Below the pieces are notes generated by a model that was given only the letters and a program-made list of their open reading frames with translations, had not been told where the DNA came from and made no database searches. Below, piece after piece: positions 38,770-51,793 of a DNA stretch of 64,000 nt (position 1 is its first letter; the number at the start of each line of letters is the position of its first letter). Where the stretch lies: contig BFEA01000009.1 of assembly GCA_003427395.1 (NCBI GenBank), positions 5,515,955 to 5,579,954 of the forward strand. The letters run 5' to 3'. This DNA is from Chara braunii (lineage: Eukaryota; Plantae; Charophyceae). The translations under genes were made by a program, and so were the position numbers.

Positions 38770-40656
38770 CAAAATTTTATTACGCGAGTTGGGTCACCAC
38801 AGAATACTCATTGACCCATGTTCACGCGTTCCTGCCATAATGTCTAAGCCCATATCTTCCAAGGGCCTGCCTTGTGGCAAGCCTGGGTGTCAACCTCCTT
38901 GAGGTGCCCTTCCACCTCGTCGTTGTAGGGATCGATTACCCTGGCGATTTGGCGGGGGACCTTGACCCCTACCTCCCACTTGGCGGTTTCCTTGTCCGCC
39001 AACCCCTTGTGCGCCCGGTCCTCGACCTCCCATGGCCTGGCCCTTTTGGCCCTGGCCTCCTCCTCTACCTTGCGGCCTCCCTCCAACCACGACAACAGCG
39101 TAAGACCTCCCCTGCCCTACACTACTGTCCTCCTCCCCTAGGCCCCACTCAATCTGATCATACGGGACCTCGTCTGTACCACCTTCCTCTAACGTCAGGA
39201 TCAAGTGATCCTTGGCCTTGACTTGGCCTGAGATGGTACGATCCTTCCACTTCTTCCTCTTCTCTAAGTCCTTATGCCAGAAAGTGGTGACTGGCATAGA
39301 CTTTGACTCATACAGGACCACCTCCCTACTCAACACATCATATGTGATCCCGGCCTGTTGAGACTTGTCATTGAAGTGCCCCCTCAGGGGCTCTGGCATA
39401 GCACGATAAAACAGTTGGACCAATTGGGGTTCAGTAACCCCGTGGTCCGGGACGGCTACCAAGTCGTCCATGGTACCCTTGAGTGCCCTTGCACTCCTCC
39501 ACTGCCGTGAGTGGATCGTTTGCAGTTTATCAGAGGCGCGAACAACTCTCGTGGGGTCAGCAAATCGCTCCTTCAGGAGCTTAAGGAATTGAGGAAGGGG
39601 GGTGACTTTTGAGTATGCAACCAGGTTGTTTTCACAACCGGGTGCACATGCAAGAGGCCTGGCGAAACTAGCTGCTTCATCCTTGAGGGCCTGAAAGGCC
39701 ACGAGGACTTGCTCCTCTATGAGGATATGCTGCAAATAAATGCAACTATTGACACTGACCTCCCAGTTGTCAAAGTTCTCCTCCTTCTTTCCCCCGTACG
39801 CGTCTGGGAACTTGAGCTTTAAAGGCTCTTTACGGGGTCTACCCTCGCCTTCCACCGCATCTATGGCCTTGGCACCCTCAATGGCGCCTTCGCAGTACTC
39901 CCCTACATTATCCCTCAGTTGCCTGACTTCGCCCCCAATGTGGGTGACGATCTCGCACACAAACTCTCTAAACCCTGACCACATGGCTTTCAGGGTGATG
40001 TCTTGGCCCTGATTGGCTTGCTGTTCCTCTAACCAGGCCTCACTCAACATCTCTAAGTACCCTAACATCTTGTCCATTTTGGCAGAAACATTTGTTTGTG
40101 CCTGGACTTCCTGTCTACACGTCCGCACCTTTTCCACTTCTGCGGTCAACCGGTTAGCCTCCTCCCTTCTTCTCTTCTTCTCCCTCTTTATCCTCAACTT
40201 CCATTCCAGTCTCTTCTCCTCCTCGGCTTCTTGACGTTCAAGGGGGTCCTCAATCACTGCGAGGGCCCTGGCAAACGCCTCCTTCTCTTCCTGTGGCACA
40301 TATATCTGTGCCTCCTCATCTTCACCCAACGATAAATTAACAACCCACTCACTTATTTTCTTCTCCATCTCTGCGTCTGTATCTCTCTTCGTGCCACTAC
40401 TCCCCTCTCTGCACTCAATCCTTATTCTTTCTTTTTCTTCTTCTGCTGCCGTTTCTTCTTCAGCAGCCTTCTTCTTTTTTTTCATCTCCTCCTCTATTTC
40501 CTTCATCTTCGTCGTCTGTTCGTTTGCAATCGCCTTCAACTTTGCTTGCTTCTCACGCTCTTTCCTCTCCCTGTTCTCTTTGACTAAGGCGGCCATCTTC
40601 TCTTGCTGCTCCTTAGTATAGGGGCTTGTGTCTGACCCACTACGGGTCTCAACCAT
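38770..40656 (-). pseudogene. gag: Gag with an N-terminal coiled coil, capsid-like region, G/R-rich tail and degraded zinc knuckle
   Basis: ORF 38890-40656 contains KFPDAYGGKKEENFDNW and FLKLLKERF; remnant *VFCGDPTRVIKFCP near 38770-38810; lies upstream of the protease. Confidence 0.85.
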
Positions 40657-42298
40657 AGTGATAAGTGTACAACCGGGTTAGTGGTTCCAGACCTCACCAC
40701 GTAGACTCTAACCCCTGACTGATAGACCTATTGACTCGATCTAAGACTCACATGATCCTGACAGGGATCCTGCCAGCTATGGTCTCTAACCTAGACCTAA
40801 CTATGGCTGTCACTACTGAACTAGTGGCTGATCTGGAGGCATTTAAGGAGATACCCCGTAACTCCGCAAGAATTATTTAACGTCGCAGACAGGACGACGT
40901 GAGCAGCTTGGTTCTGCCTGTGCTTTCAGCCCACAACTCAGCCTTTTCGGCCTGCTGTGCCACACCGAGCAGCTCGCCGGTCTGTACCAGTCCTTGGGAG
41001 GGTTCGTATCCCCCGGGACAGTCGAGTCGTCAGACACAGATCCTCAGCCTTACTTGGTCCGGTAGGGGAGTGGTTCAAACAAACCCTCAACACTCAAAGA
41101 CTATCTGTGTTTCAGCCCGCAACTCAGTCTTCTAGGCCCACTGTGCCCTACCAACCGTTTCCACCCGCTCAACACCGGTCCTTGGGAGGGTTATGCCCCC
41201 CTGGAAAGTTGGATCAGTCACAGTCTCAACCCTACTAGCACCGGTAGGGGAGTGGTCAGCAGGCTCTATCCTTCATCCACAGAGTACTATCACCTAGGAC
41301 AAAAGAGACTCAATGCAGAAAAAATCGATATACTGCAAGTACCGAGGGTGTGTGCACATCCACAGGGCAAGGGATAGGCTGAGGGCTGGGTGAGATGTTA
41401 CCAACTCCAGCTTGGTCAACACCTTGGTCAACGGCCTTAGTCAACGCCGGTCAATGCTGCTATGACCCCCGGTCAACTCTGGTAATCACCGGTCAACACC
41501 TTCGGTCAACCCTTTTGGTCAACCCTCCGGTCAGCTATGGTTGCCGGCTCGTCCTCCTCGCCAANNNNNNNNNNNNNNNNNNNNNNNNNNNNNNNNNNNN
41601 NNNNNNNNNNNNNNNNNNNNNNNNNNNNNNNNNNNNNNNNNNNNNNNNNNNNNNNNNNNNNNNNNNNNNNNNNNNNNNNNNNNNNNNNNNNNNNNNNNNN
41701 NNNNNNNNNNNNNNNNNNNNNNNNNNNNNNNNNNNNNNNNNNNNNNNNNNNNNNNNNNNNNNNNNNNNNNNNNNNNNNNNNNNNNNNNNNNNNNNNNNNN
41801 NNNNNNNNNNNNNNNNNNNNNNNNNNNNNNNNNNNNNNNNNNNNNNNNNNNNNNNNNNNNNNNNNNNNNNNNNNNNNNNNNNNNNNNNNNNNNNNNNNNN
41901 NNNNNNNNNNNNNNNNNNNNNNNNNNNNNNNNNNNNNNNNNNNNNNNNNNNNNNNNNNNNNNNNNNNNNNNNNNNNNNNNNNNNNNNNNNNNNNNNNNNN
42001 NNNNNNNNNNNNNNNNNNNNNNNNNNNNNNNNNNNNNNNNNNNNNNNNNNNNNNNNNNNNNNNNNNNNNNNNNNNNNNNNNNNNNNNNNNNNNNNNNNNN
42101 NNNNNNNNNNNNNNNNNNNNNNNNNNNNNNNNNNNNNNNNNNNNNNNNNNNNNNNNNNNNNNNNNNNNNNNNNNNNNNNNNNNNNNNNNNNNNNNNNNNN
42201 NNNNNNNNNNNNNNNNNNNNNNNNNNNNNNNNNNNNNNNNNNNNNNNNNNNNNNNNNNNNNNNNNNNNNNNNNNNNNNNNNNNNNNNNNNNNNNNNNA

Positions 42299-43226
42299 TG
42301 CAATCAGACTCATCCTATTCACACTTTTCATGTGTAAACAGCAGCACAGCACACTGGCGACATGCGGCCACTCAGAACTCAGAGATATGGCTTCCAGATA
42401 CGAGTTCACTTTCAACTGGCTATGGCGACTTAGCACCCAAACAACTCACTGTTCACACCCTGGATCAACCTGGATATCCCATACGCATCACTCTGAACAC
42501 TCACACATACCCACACACACTTCCCTCTAACTCCAGCTATGGCAGCTATGGCTGCCCCTACCCTATCGCTATGGCTGTTCTTCGTCTCTCTCGCCCTCTT
42601 CTACTTCGGGCTCACTTCAGACCTCCTCGCACAAGTCGTTGTGGCAGCGCTTCCGCATGGCTTCCGCATGAATGAATGAATGGTTGGGCGTTGCCTCTTG
42701 ATTTATACTTCTGCAGGTCGTTGGTCTGACCCATTTCCCTTGCCCGAAGTGCACACAGTCCCGTGCGGTACTTGTTGGACTGACTATGGACTGGGACTGT
42801 TGACTCAGCAGGGTAGACCTCCCCCACTTGCCCACTTGCCTCACCACTTGACCACTTGCCTCTGCTTAAACGTGGGCAACTCCGAAAGGCCACAACTGGG
42901 ACCTTCCGGAAGGCTGTAGACTTGGCCTTTCGGGACTGTAGCAGCTACGATTCTGACCCTTCTAGACTGTAGCAGCTACGACCTTGACCTTTCAAGAAAA
43001 CTACAACTACGATGTCTAGACGTGACTAAGACTCCTATCCGACAGGTCTACAGATTGAATCCAAGCTACCATGCACCCTACGACAACCTATCAGTTGTTA
43101 CAAATCCACAGGTCTCGGGTTCAACTCTACAGGCCGACACAGGTATTGTACACATGTAAGGTTGGGGTCTAGGGATCGAACCCTGGGATCTGCAGCAGCT
43201 ACTGATAACTGGTGAATATCGTTTCA
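42299..43226 (-). repeat. 5' LTR of the chromovirus (PBS falls in the N gap)
   Basis: Direct repeat of 34059-34984. Confidence 0.95.
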
Positions 43227-43230
43227 ATAG

Positions 43231-43842
43231 AGACAAGTTGCAATACGGCGGAAGAATGTTGTAGCATAAGAGTCACCATTTTTCTGTATAACCGTTTATG
43301 GCATATTCATGAAACGGGTCTCAGTCAAACATGGAAAAAATATCTATTACAACTTACAGAAATGGAGCCGGGGAGGCCAATGGCAAGAAACTGAGGAGGT
43401 TATAAAGGAAATCCAAATGCGTCCGGCTGGAGACTTTGTTCTGCCGATCCGATACATTAGAACCACACTCCCTGACTTCATCATCAATGAGGTGTTTAAT
43501 GGTCAAGCAAGAGTGGAGTTCGCCGCAAAAGCCGCACGAAGAGTACCTAATAGAGGATATGACTTCTCCATCCCGCATATGATTTATTGCTTGTACCTGG
43601 AGATAAGGCATGAACTAGCTAAATTTGACTTTAGCAACGTTTTGTCCATTGTAGACGGATATGCCCTAACTTACTTTATGGAGGAAAGATTTGGATATTG
43701 GGAAAAACTGAAAGAAGAGTTACGCTCGAGGGTCTGCGTAGATGGTATTCCAGCCATGTTTGGCTTGGTCTATAACTTTTGGTCCGGAGATTGGATAACG
43801 GTAAGTGAAATAGAAGAAGAAGAGAGAAGGTTTGTATTCTAA
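43231..43842 (+). pseudogene. Accessory ORF1 of the large gypsy element, 3' part
   Basis: ETSCNTAEECCSIRVTIFLYNRLWHIHE..TLPDFIINEVFNG..IYCLYLE..YWEKLK..VCVDGIPAMFG..WSGDW. Confidence 0.7.
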
Positions 43843-44128
43843 GAATGATAGGGAAGGACGCTGAGACGGTAAAAGAGTATGAGGAGCAAATAGAAGGAGA
43901 AGAGGAAACTGAAGGGAAGCATTTGCTGGCCCTAAGGTCGACAGAGGGGAAAGAATGTACCGAGAGGAGAAAAAGGGAAGACATAAAAAAAAAAGGAAAA
44001 TTTTAGGCTAGAAACGCTCATATCTCAGACAGGCTTAAGAAAGAGGGATAGGGTAATGATATGTCGATGCCAAATAGAACTTACGTATAGGTATTGTGTG
44101 TTTTTGTCTCTTCTTTTGCATTGCTCAG

Positions 44129-44925
44129 ACCATCGGAGATTGCCCCGAGATGTCGTATGCTAATCAAGGATTCGGGGTTGAACTCCCCGTTCGTACTCAA
44201 CAATGATTGAAGATGTCATTACCTAGAGGGATAAGTGAAAGAAAAAAGGAGATCACCGCATGGTGGGCCACCTCGATCGGGCCAGCGTTTGTATTGGTTG
44301 AGATTGGACACACTCTCGATCAGGAGAGTATAATAGTACGAGCAACGTTATATCTTTCATCACATTTATGGAGGATGCATGAAGTGGATCTGGCGGTAGG
44401 GCATAGTCATCCCCTATCACGATACATCCAAATCACCGGAACAATTCTTGAGGATAAAATTCGAGAGACAAGCTGGGGGGAATTCTGACCGGTCATACCA
44501 ATGATAGAAGCAACGTGGGCATCATATTTTGTATATCCCACCGACTATAGAATAGTCACTCTTCCGGACTTCATCATTGATGAAGTTTTCAAAGGACACG
44601 TAAACGTGGAGCAAGCAGCCTTGGGACCCCGAGCGGCTCATCAAGAAGGATGTGAGTTTTTTACACCTCAGACTCTTTACAGCCTATATTTGGAAATGGG
44701 ACCAAAACTGGCTAGTAGGGATTTCGAGGAAATCCTATCCATACTAAATGCCTATGTCCGTGTCCATTTCATGGAACCAAGGCAGACTTATTGGAAAAAA
44801 CTTAAGGCAAAACAAAAAATCAAGGTCTGCATTGACGGTATCCCTATAATGTTTCGGGATGGTATATGACTCATGGACAGGAGACTGGTTGTCCGTCGAA
44901 GAGATTGGAAGGGTGAAATGGTAAA
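44129..44925 (+). pseudogene. Accessory ORF2, paralog of accessory ORF1
   Basis: VRATLYLSSHLWRMHE..TLPDFIIDEVFKG..LYSLYLE..YWKKLK..VCIDGIPIMF..WTGDW. Confidence 0.7.
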
Positions 44926-45205
44926 AGAAATTCGGGAAAATGACCAAAGCAAATTTCATTTTTGTCGCGAAATGACAGAGAGATTGACTCAGGCATTTAA
45001 AACATAGTGGGGGTACTAATTATGGATACATAAGGCTAGTGGGTATCGATTGGTGAGAATGAGAGTCATAAGGAACAAACCAGAAGTATAGGAACAGAGA
45101 GTCCTAAATGATATCTTGAGAAAAAGGAAAAGACAGTCAATAGCAATCTGAAAATCTGTCGTTTTTTGCTTGTGCAAAACATATTTACTGAAAACTGCAG
45201 AGAAA

Positions 45206-47580
45206 ATGGGGGACGCTAATGGGACAGGAGGACAGGGGATCATAACCGCTTCCGAGATCCCGCATCTAATGGATAATAGAAATGTCAAGAGGTCTCAACT
45301 GCCCCAGATATAATTTTTTCCCTTCAAAGGGGAACGAGTGTCACATTGGCTATAACTACTAGAACAAGTTTTCAATCGACTGACGCAGGCGGAAAAATCC
45401 GCCCAACTGTTTAAATACGTATGGTGGGAATTTCGCCCCGACATTGAAAAGATTGTCACGGTGGCCGATGCCCAAGGAGATTGGAACAATTTTAAGAACG
45501 AAATGCAGAGAAAGTAGAAGCTGGGAGATGGGCTATTAACAATCGACCAGCTTTATAACGTCAACAAGAATGACTTTACTACGATAGGAGCATTTGCAAC
45601 AGCCTTCGAGAAAATGGCAGAACGGGTTCCAGGACTTTCTGAAGAGATGCAGTGTGTCATCTTCTCGGGAAAATTCTCAGGCTATGAAATATGGAATTAA
45701 CCCGGGGAGGAAGACGTCATGGGAAACGATAAAAAGAAACTTGGCATTTGGGGATCTGGACCAGGTATTCCACCATCAAGTGAAGATGGAAAGGAGAAAA
45801 AGAAAGGAAGTAGGTGTTATCCAAGTAGCACACTCTGCCCTAAGAGGGGTGCTAAGCAGTATGATATCTCAAATGAAAGAGTTGAAGGATAAGGTGGAAT
45901 CAGGGAAAGTGATGTCAGTCGGACAAACAATGAATAAAATGAGGTATGAAGGAGAAGATAAAGGGAATAATGAAGGGAAGAAACCTTAGTCGGTAGTACA
46001 ATCTAAAAAGACCCAAAAGCAGAACCAGAACCACACGTCAAGGAAGCAAGGAGAAGGAAAAAGGCAAAGCTCACAGCAAATTGTGATGCTAAAGGTCCCA
46101 GGGGCACCAACCCCGACACCTCAGTTGGGCCCTGGCCGGTAGTAGCTCCTATGGGAGCGTGGCCTGGTTACTACCCCGGGAATCAGTGGCCGGGTTTCGG
46201 TCAAATTGGGATGTATCCAAGTTTGCCCCAAGTATTGGAAGCCGGGGCAGGACCATCGCAAGGACGAGGAGCAGATGGAGGTCATCCGCAGCATGCTCTG
46301 CCGCCACAAGGCAATCAAGGTCAAAATCAATTCCAAGGGCAGGGACATGGACAAGGACATGGCAAAGGTAGAAATGGAGGACGAGGAAATGGCCATGGAG
46401 GAAGAGGATTCAGAGGACGAGGAAATGGCGGACAAGGAGGAAGTTGGGGAAATCAAGGAGGAGCTCAGTCTGGAAACTACAATCAGGTGAGCTTTAATCA
46501 GATCGGACAAGGATACAACCAAGGCTATGGTCAAGGGTATGGTCAGGGGTACAACCACAACTACGGAAGGGGATTTGGAAGAAATAATGGCCAATGGAGC
46601 AGTCAAGGGACCGGGCGAGGTTGGATATATTACAGTGAGTGCATATGTACGCATTGCACGATAAAAGGACATACAGTAAAAGATGTCGTGTCAGGAAGAT
46701 GGATGAACAAGACGAGTTGATCACGTCAAGCATCGACGGGGATGTATTCGATAAGCGAGGGAACAAGATTGACCCAAATATCCCTGGGGGCACAAGGAAA
46801 GAGGCAATCAGGATTGTAGGGCTTGGACCCAGTGCCCCTGCCATGTTTCGTATATGGCAAGAGAAAGAGGATCCTTTTGTTTGGGTAGAAGAAGTTGATG
46901 AGCTAAGTGACCAACTAAAGAAAGGGGTAAAGATAAGTGAGGACGAAAAGGATACGCCGCTGGTTGAAATTGAGCCAGAAGAAGACGACGTAAGTAGAGA
47001 ATCAGTGAAATAAGCTATGAGAAAAATGAAAGATCTATTAGATAAGATAGGAAGGTTAAACATTAGGATGATGGGAATTTGTGAGGAAGTCAAAGACTTG
47101 GAGATGAAGATCCTGCATGTATTTACCATGAGTCAGGAGAAAGCGGACGAGGAGCTGAGAGCCCCTAACCCCATAGCACTGAGAGCCACTCTGGCTACTG
47201 GATCAGAAGCTGCCTATCAGGCTTTAAGGAACTTTGTCCCTCATACTGCGCGAAAGCCTAAGGGAGGTAATGCGCCCAAGGAACCAACCCAAGCCCCTGT
47301 GCCACCTTAAGGAGGAGCTTCTATCGTAATAGAGGAAGAAGAAGAGGATCACGATGAAGTACTTAGGGAAGAAGAGGGTAAACACACTGAGCAGAGGGCT
47401 AAGAAGCAAAAACGTGATATCAAGGAGAGAAAGGAGAAGACTGGGGAGAAGTCAAAGAAAAAGTGGAGGTACCAGACGTCCATTGAAGAAGGGGTAGACC
47501 TGAAAAATCTGGTAAATAAGCTTCTCGATGGACATAATGAATTGTTGAATATGAAGGAGATTTTGGCACGCACCAAAACT
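45206..47580 (+). pseudogene. gag: Gag of the large gypsy element (multiple stops and frameshifts)
   Basis: FPFKGERVSHW..WNNFKNEMQRK; G/N/Q-rich tract; knuckle CTHCTIKGHTVKRC. Confidence 0.75.
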
Positions 47581-50500
47581 TAGAGAGTTAGTAAAAACGA
47601 AGTTGGCACGGAAAAAAACAGCGTACTAAGGTTGGGGGATTTAATTCCCAAAGAGGCGAACTGGAGAATCGTCGAAAGCAAAATGGACTGGAAATTTGTA
47701 GGGACGGGATCCATTGATGTTAATATTAGAGGGAAAGGTTGCTTTGGGATGGTGGATACAGGGGCTGAAATGAACATTATGAATTCGGAAACAGCTGAGA
47801 GACTGGGGTTGGAAATCGACAGGAGAGATTGTGGGTATCTTAATGGGGCCAGTGGAAAATCAGGATACATAGGTATTGCGTGAAATGTAATCGTGGAAAT
47901 AGGAAGCGTTAGAGTCCACTCCTGCTTCTACATTATGCCTAATCTGGATCTTCCCATATTACTAGGAAGGTCCTTCTTATCACGATCAGAAGCCCTCATC
48001 ACGAACAAGCATGATGGAACTATGTTCGTGATTCTATGTGACCCTGCCTGTGGGAACTTCGAGGTCATTACTTGTAAAAATACGGGTCGCCATAGCTCGA
48101 AGAACCGGCTCAATGCTGGGTCATATACTTTTGAGGAGTCCGAAAATAGGAGAAAAGAATTAGAATGGAGATCTGATGAGGAAGATGAGGAGGAAGAAGG
48201 TGAAGGATTAACATTAGGTCTGACCAACATAGACCAAGCCATGTACATGGTGTCCGCTTATGATATGGCGGAGCCTAAGCAATTCGGGCATTAGCAGACA
48301 AACTGTATGATTATCCTGAAGGAGGGAGGATGAAATTGGTATATAGACTGCCTCCTCGAGAGGAGAAAGTGCAGGGGCCGTATACCCAAGCTTACAGTTA
48401 GCATTTTGTAGGGGTGGGCTCAAGCAAGGGGGAAAAATGATGTACAAGACGGTAGATAAAAAAAGTCACTCAGTTCCAGTTCTAGTAACGCATGAAGGAG
48501 TGTACTATGAGCAAGAGAGAGAATTGATAAGGCAAATGAGAGAAAAATGGGGAACAGAATCCTGCCGTATCAACAAAGAGAATGAGAAAGACCTCTTCAT
48601 TGACGAACCTGAATTTTTGACTAAGCAAGAAAAAGTGTTAGTGATCGACTTAATGAAGGAGAAGAACTGTGCCTATGCCTTCAACGATGACCAGAGAGGT
48701 AGGTTGGATGTGGACAAGATAAGGATGATCCGAATCCACACAGTTTCACATCAACCTTGGAATATTAGAGGAGCCAGGTACCTAAATCCTGATGATCAGA
48801 GAAGGGTGGTAGAGTACCTTGATGAAAAAATTGGCTCTCATGTGGCAGGATTTTCTAGCGGACCTTATGCCTCACCATGGTTCTGTTTCATCAAGCCGAA
48901 TGGAGTACTCAGGTGGGTGCAAGACTTGCAAAGGTTAAATGCTGTAACAGTTAGGGATGTTGGAGCGCTCCCTAATGATGATCAACTCTCGCTCATAGAC
49001 CAGTTTCCAGTGTACCCGACGGATAGGCCGATAACTGTGATGCACATTCTGAGAGGACTGATCCACATGAACATGGCACCCCAAGGATGAACAAATGCGG
49101 TAGCCATGGTACAAAGAAGTATGGTGAGAGTTATGCAGCCAATCAGCCCGCAGATTACTAAACCATACATTGAAGATCTTGTTGTAAAAGGCCCGATGGT
49201 GAAAGATGAGCAAGAGGTTGCACCTGGCATAAGGAAGTTTGTCTGGGATCATGTCAATGATCTCAGGAGGGTGCTTGATTTGTTACAGGAATATAACCTC
49301 ACAGCAAGCGGGGCCAAGTCTCGACACTGCATAAGAGAGGCCACCATATTGGGTTTTGTATGCAATGAGCAAGGTCGTCGTCCAGATACCAAGAAAACAA
49401 ATAAAATCCTTGAATGACCTACACCATTCTGGAACGTCAGCGAAGTAAGATGTTTTCTTGGAACGTCCAGATTCTGAAGAATTTTCATCGAAAGGTTTGC
49501 TGCAAAGACTGAACATGTGAGGAAGTTGGTGATAAAGAATCAGGAATGAGAATGGGGAGAGAAGCAGGAACAGGTGGTGAAAAGTTTGAAGAAGGAGTTT
49601 GAGGAAGGAGGTCTAGCGCTTGGGGTTCCTGATTATGAAGTCGTTATAGAACGACCCTTCATCATAGAGATTGATGCTGGACCCACTGCCTTGGGAGGAG
49701 TTCTAATACAGTCAGACCTTGAAGGAAAGGAAAGACCTTTGCGTTTTTAGAGCCGAACCCTCAATACTAATGAGCAGAACTACTCTCAATTCAAAAAGGA
49801 GGCTTTGGCCGTGCTGCACTGCCTGCGTATCTTTAGGCACTACCTCTATGGGAGAAGGTTTGTCCTGAGAATAGATCCGACCGCCCTTATGTATTCCCTC
49901 AATAATTTTTCACCCTCGGATCCGACAATCGCCAGATGACTCACGTACATCTGGATGTTCGATTTTCAGTTGAAACATATCCCAGGGAACAAGAGCATGG
50001 CTGATGAGTTAAGCAGGATAGAGTGGGAAAAGTCTGGAAATGCTAAGGAAGAAACGCCACAAGTAGATGGATTTTTGGATGAAGATGATATGCAACTTCA
50101 TGTGAACTCGTGGGAACTAAGTGTTAGTGATAAGGTGGCAAGGAGAGGAAAGTCCATGTGGTTTGCACCGACAACTTTTGTAAAAATCGAAGGGTTGGTG
50201 TTGAAACCTTTCGTTGAAGAAGACCCATGGGGAAAAAGGAATGGAGAGTGGATGGAGGAATTGACTTTGGCAGAAAGCTACAGATTGACTGATGATCCGA
50301 TAACAATTGAGGCAGGAACAAGGCAGGTAGAGCAGGATCTGCTGACGATGGGGAGAGTACACTATCTTGTCAACGCGCTCCTACAAGTTCAGGCTAAGAA
50401 TGAAGGAGAGATAGTAAAGACAGACGAGATAGTATTGGGAGATGATCTTGAGTATGATGAGGAGATGAAAGAAGAGGAGTTTGAACAAGGTGAAATCTCG

Positions 50501-51775
50501 GAAGATTTTCGGGAAGAAGAATATGATAGATTTCATCTAGAAATGAGATTTCTTCTCTCCGGTGATAAGCAAGAAATGGATGTTAGTGAGAAGACTCTCC
50601 GCATGAGAGACCACTACGTAGTGAGAGGTGCTCATCTCTTCATCAGAGATAAAAGGGGGCCTCCTAGGAGAGTCATTTGTGGCAGAAATCGACAGATCGA
50701 TGTCATAGCAGCTCTCCACGATGGACCCGTAGGCGGTCACATGAGTTTTGTCACTACCATCAAAAAGGTGACCGAGTTATATTTTTGGGAAGGTATGTAC
50801 GGAATGATTCGAGAATACTGCGAGTCGTGCGTCCCTTGCCAAGTAAGGTCTCCAATCAGATACAAGGAACCTCTACATTAAAGGTACATCAAGGATGTGA
50901 GGGCAGTAATCCACCTGGATCTCCTGACAATGTCATTGGGGCTTGGAGGCTATAATTATATTTTTGATGTCCGAGATAATCTTACAGGATTTGTTGATGG
51001 GAAGGTCATCCGGACCAAGACTGGAGCAGTCTTGGCTAAATGCATTAAGGAGTATTACCTCCGATATCCCTTCGTGGTGAAATTTACAATGGATAGGGGA
51101 TCTGAGTTTACGTGTGGAGAAGTGAAGGAGCTACTGGACGATCTTGGAATTATTGCCAAGTATATGACCAGGGCGCAACCTCAAGCAAATGCACTAGTTG
51201 AAATGGAACACAGTACTATCACGAATTTGCTGGCAAAGTGGACAGCTGGGAAGCCAAACCTGTGGCCAGAATTCTTACGAACAGTGTTCTTTGTTGAGAA
51301 CATCACGGTCAAAAGAACCACATGCTATGCCCCTACAACCTTGTGGTATGGACGACATGCCACTTTTCCGATAGAAAGTTTCCTGAAGACTTGGCGAATA
51401 CAGGATCTCGAGAATGACCTGCCTCTTGAAGAGTTACTTGACATCAGAGCTAAGCAGTTCAACATCACTGAAGAGAGGATTCAGGAAACAGTGAAGAAAG
51501 TGATTGACAGTCGTGGGAAGGACAAAGAGAGACGGGATAGACTTCCGCGTGTACGAGAAGAACCATTGGAGATCGGGAACATAGTGTTGTTGTACGACTC
51601 GTCACTAAAAAAATAATGGTCGAGGAAACTGGACAAAAGATGGTTGGAACCCTTCAGAGTCAGACGCCGGAAAAATCATGGAGCCTATGAGTTTGAAGAA
51701 ATGAATGGAACACCGAGGAAAAATTGGATTTCGGGATCTAGGCTGAAGAAATTCAAGATGAGACAAGGGGCGTGA
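47580..51775 (+). pseudogene. pol: Pol (PR-RT-RH-long linker-INT) of the large gypsy element
   Basis: MVDTGAE; PYASPWFCFIKPNGVLRWVQDLQRLN; PQG*TNAV; PYIEDL; IEIDAGP; HDGPVGGH..CVPCQ; HLDLL; MDRGSEF; KRWLEPFRV. Confidence 0.92.
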
Positions 51776-51793
51776 CCCGTGAGACAGGCAGCC

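Larger units (their letters stand above)
34059..43226 (-). mobile_element. Full-length chromovirus-type Ty3/gypsy LTR retrotransposon (mutated)
   Basis: LTRs 34059-34984 and 42299-43226 with TG..CA ends; TSD ATAG at 34055-34058 and 43227-43230; domain order gag-PR-RT-RH-INT-chromodomain. Confidence 0.95.
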
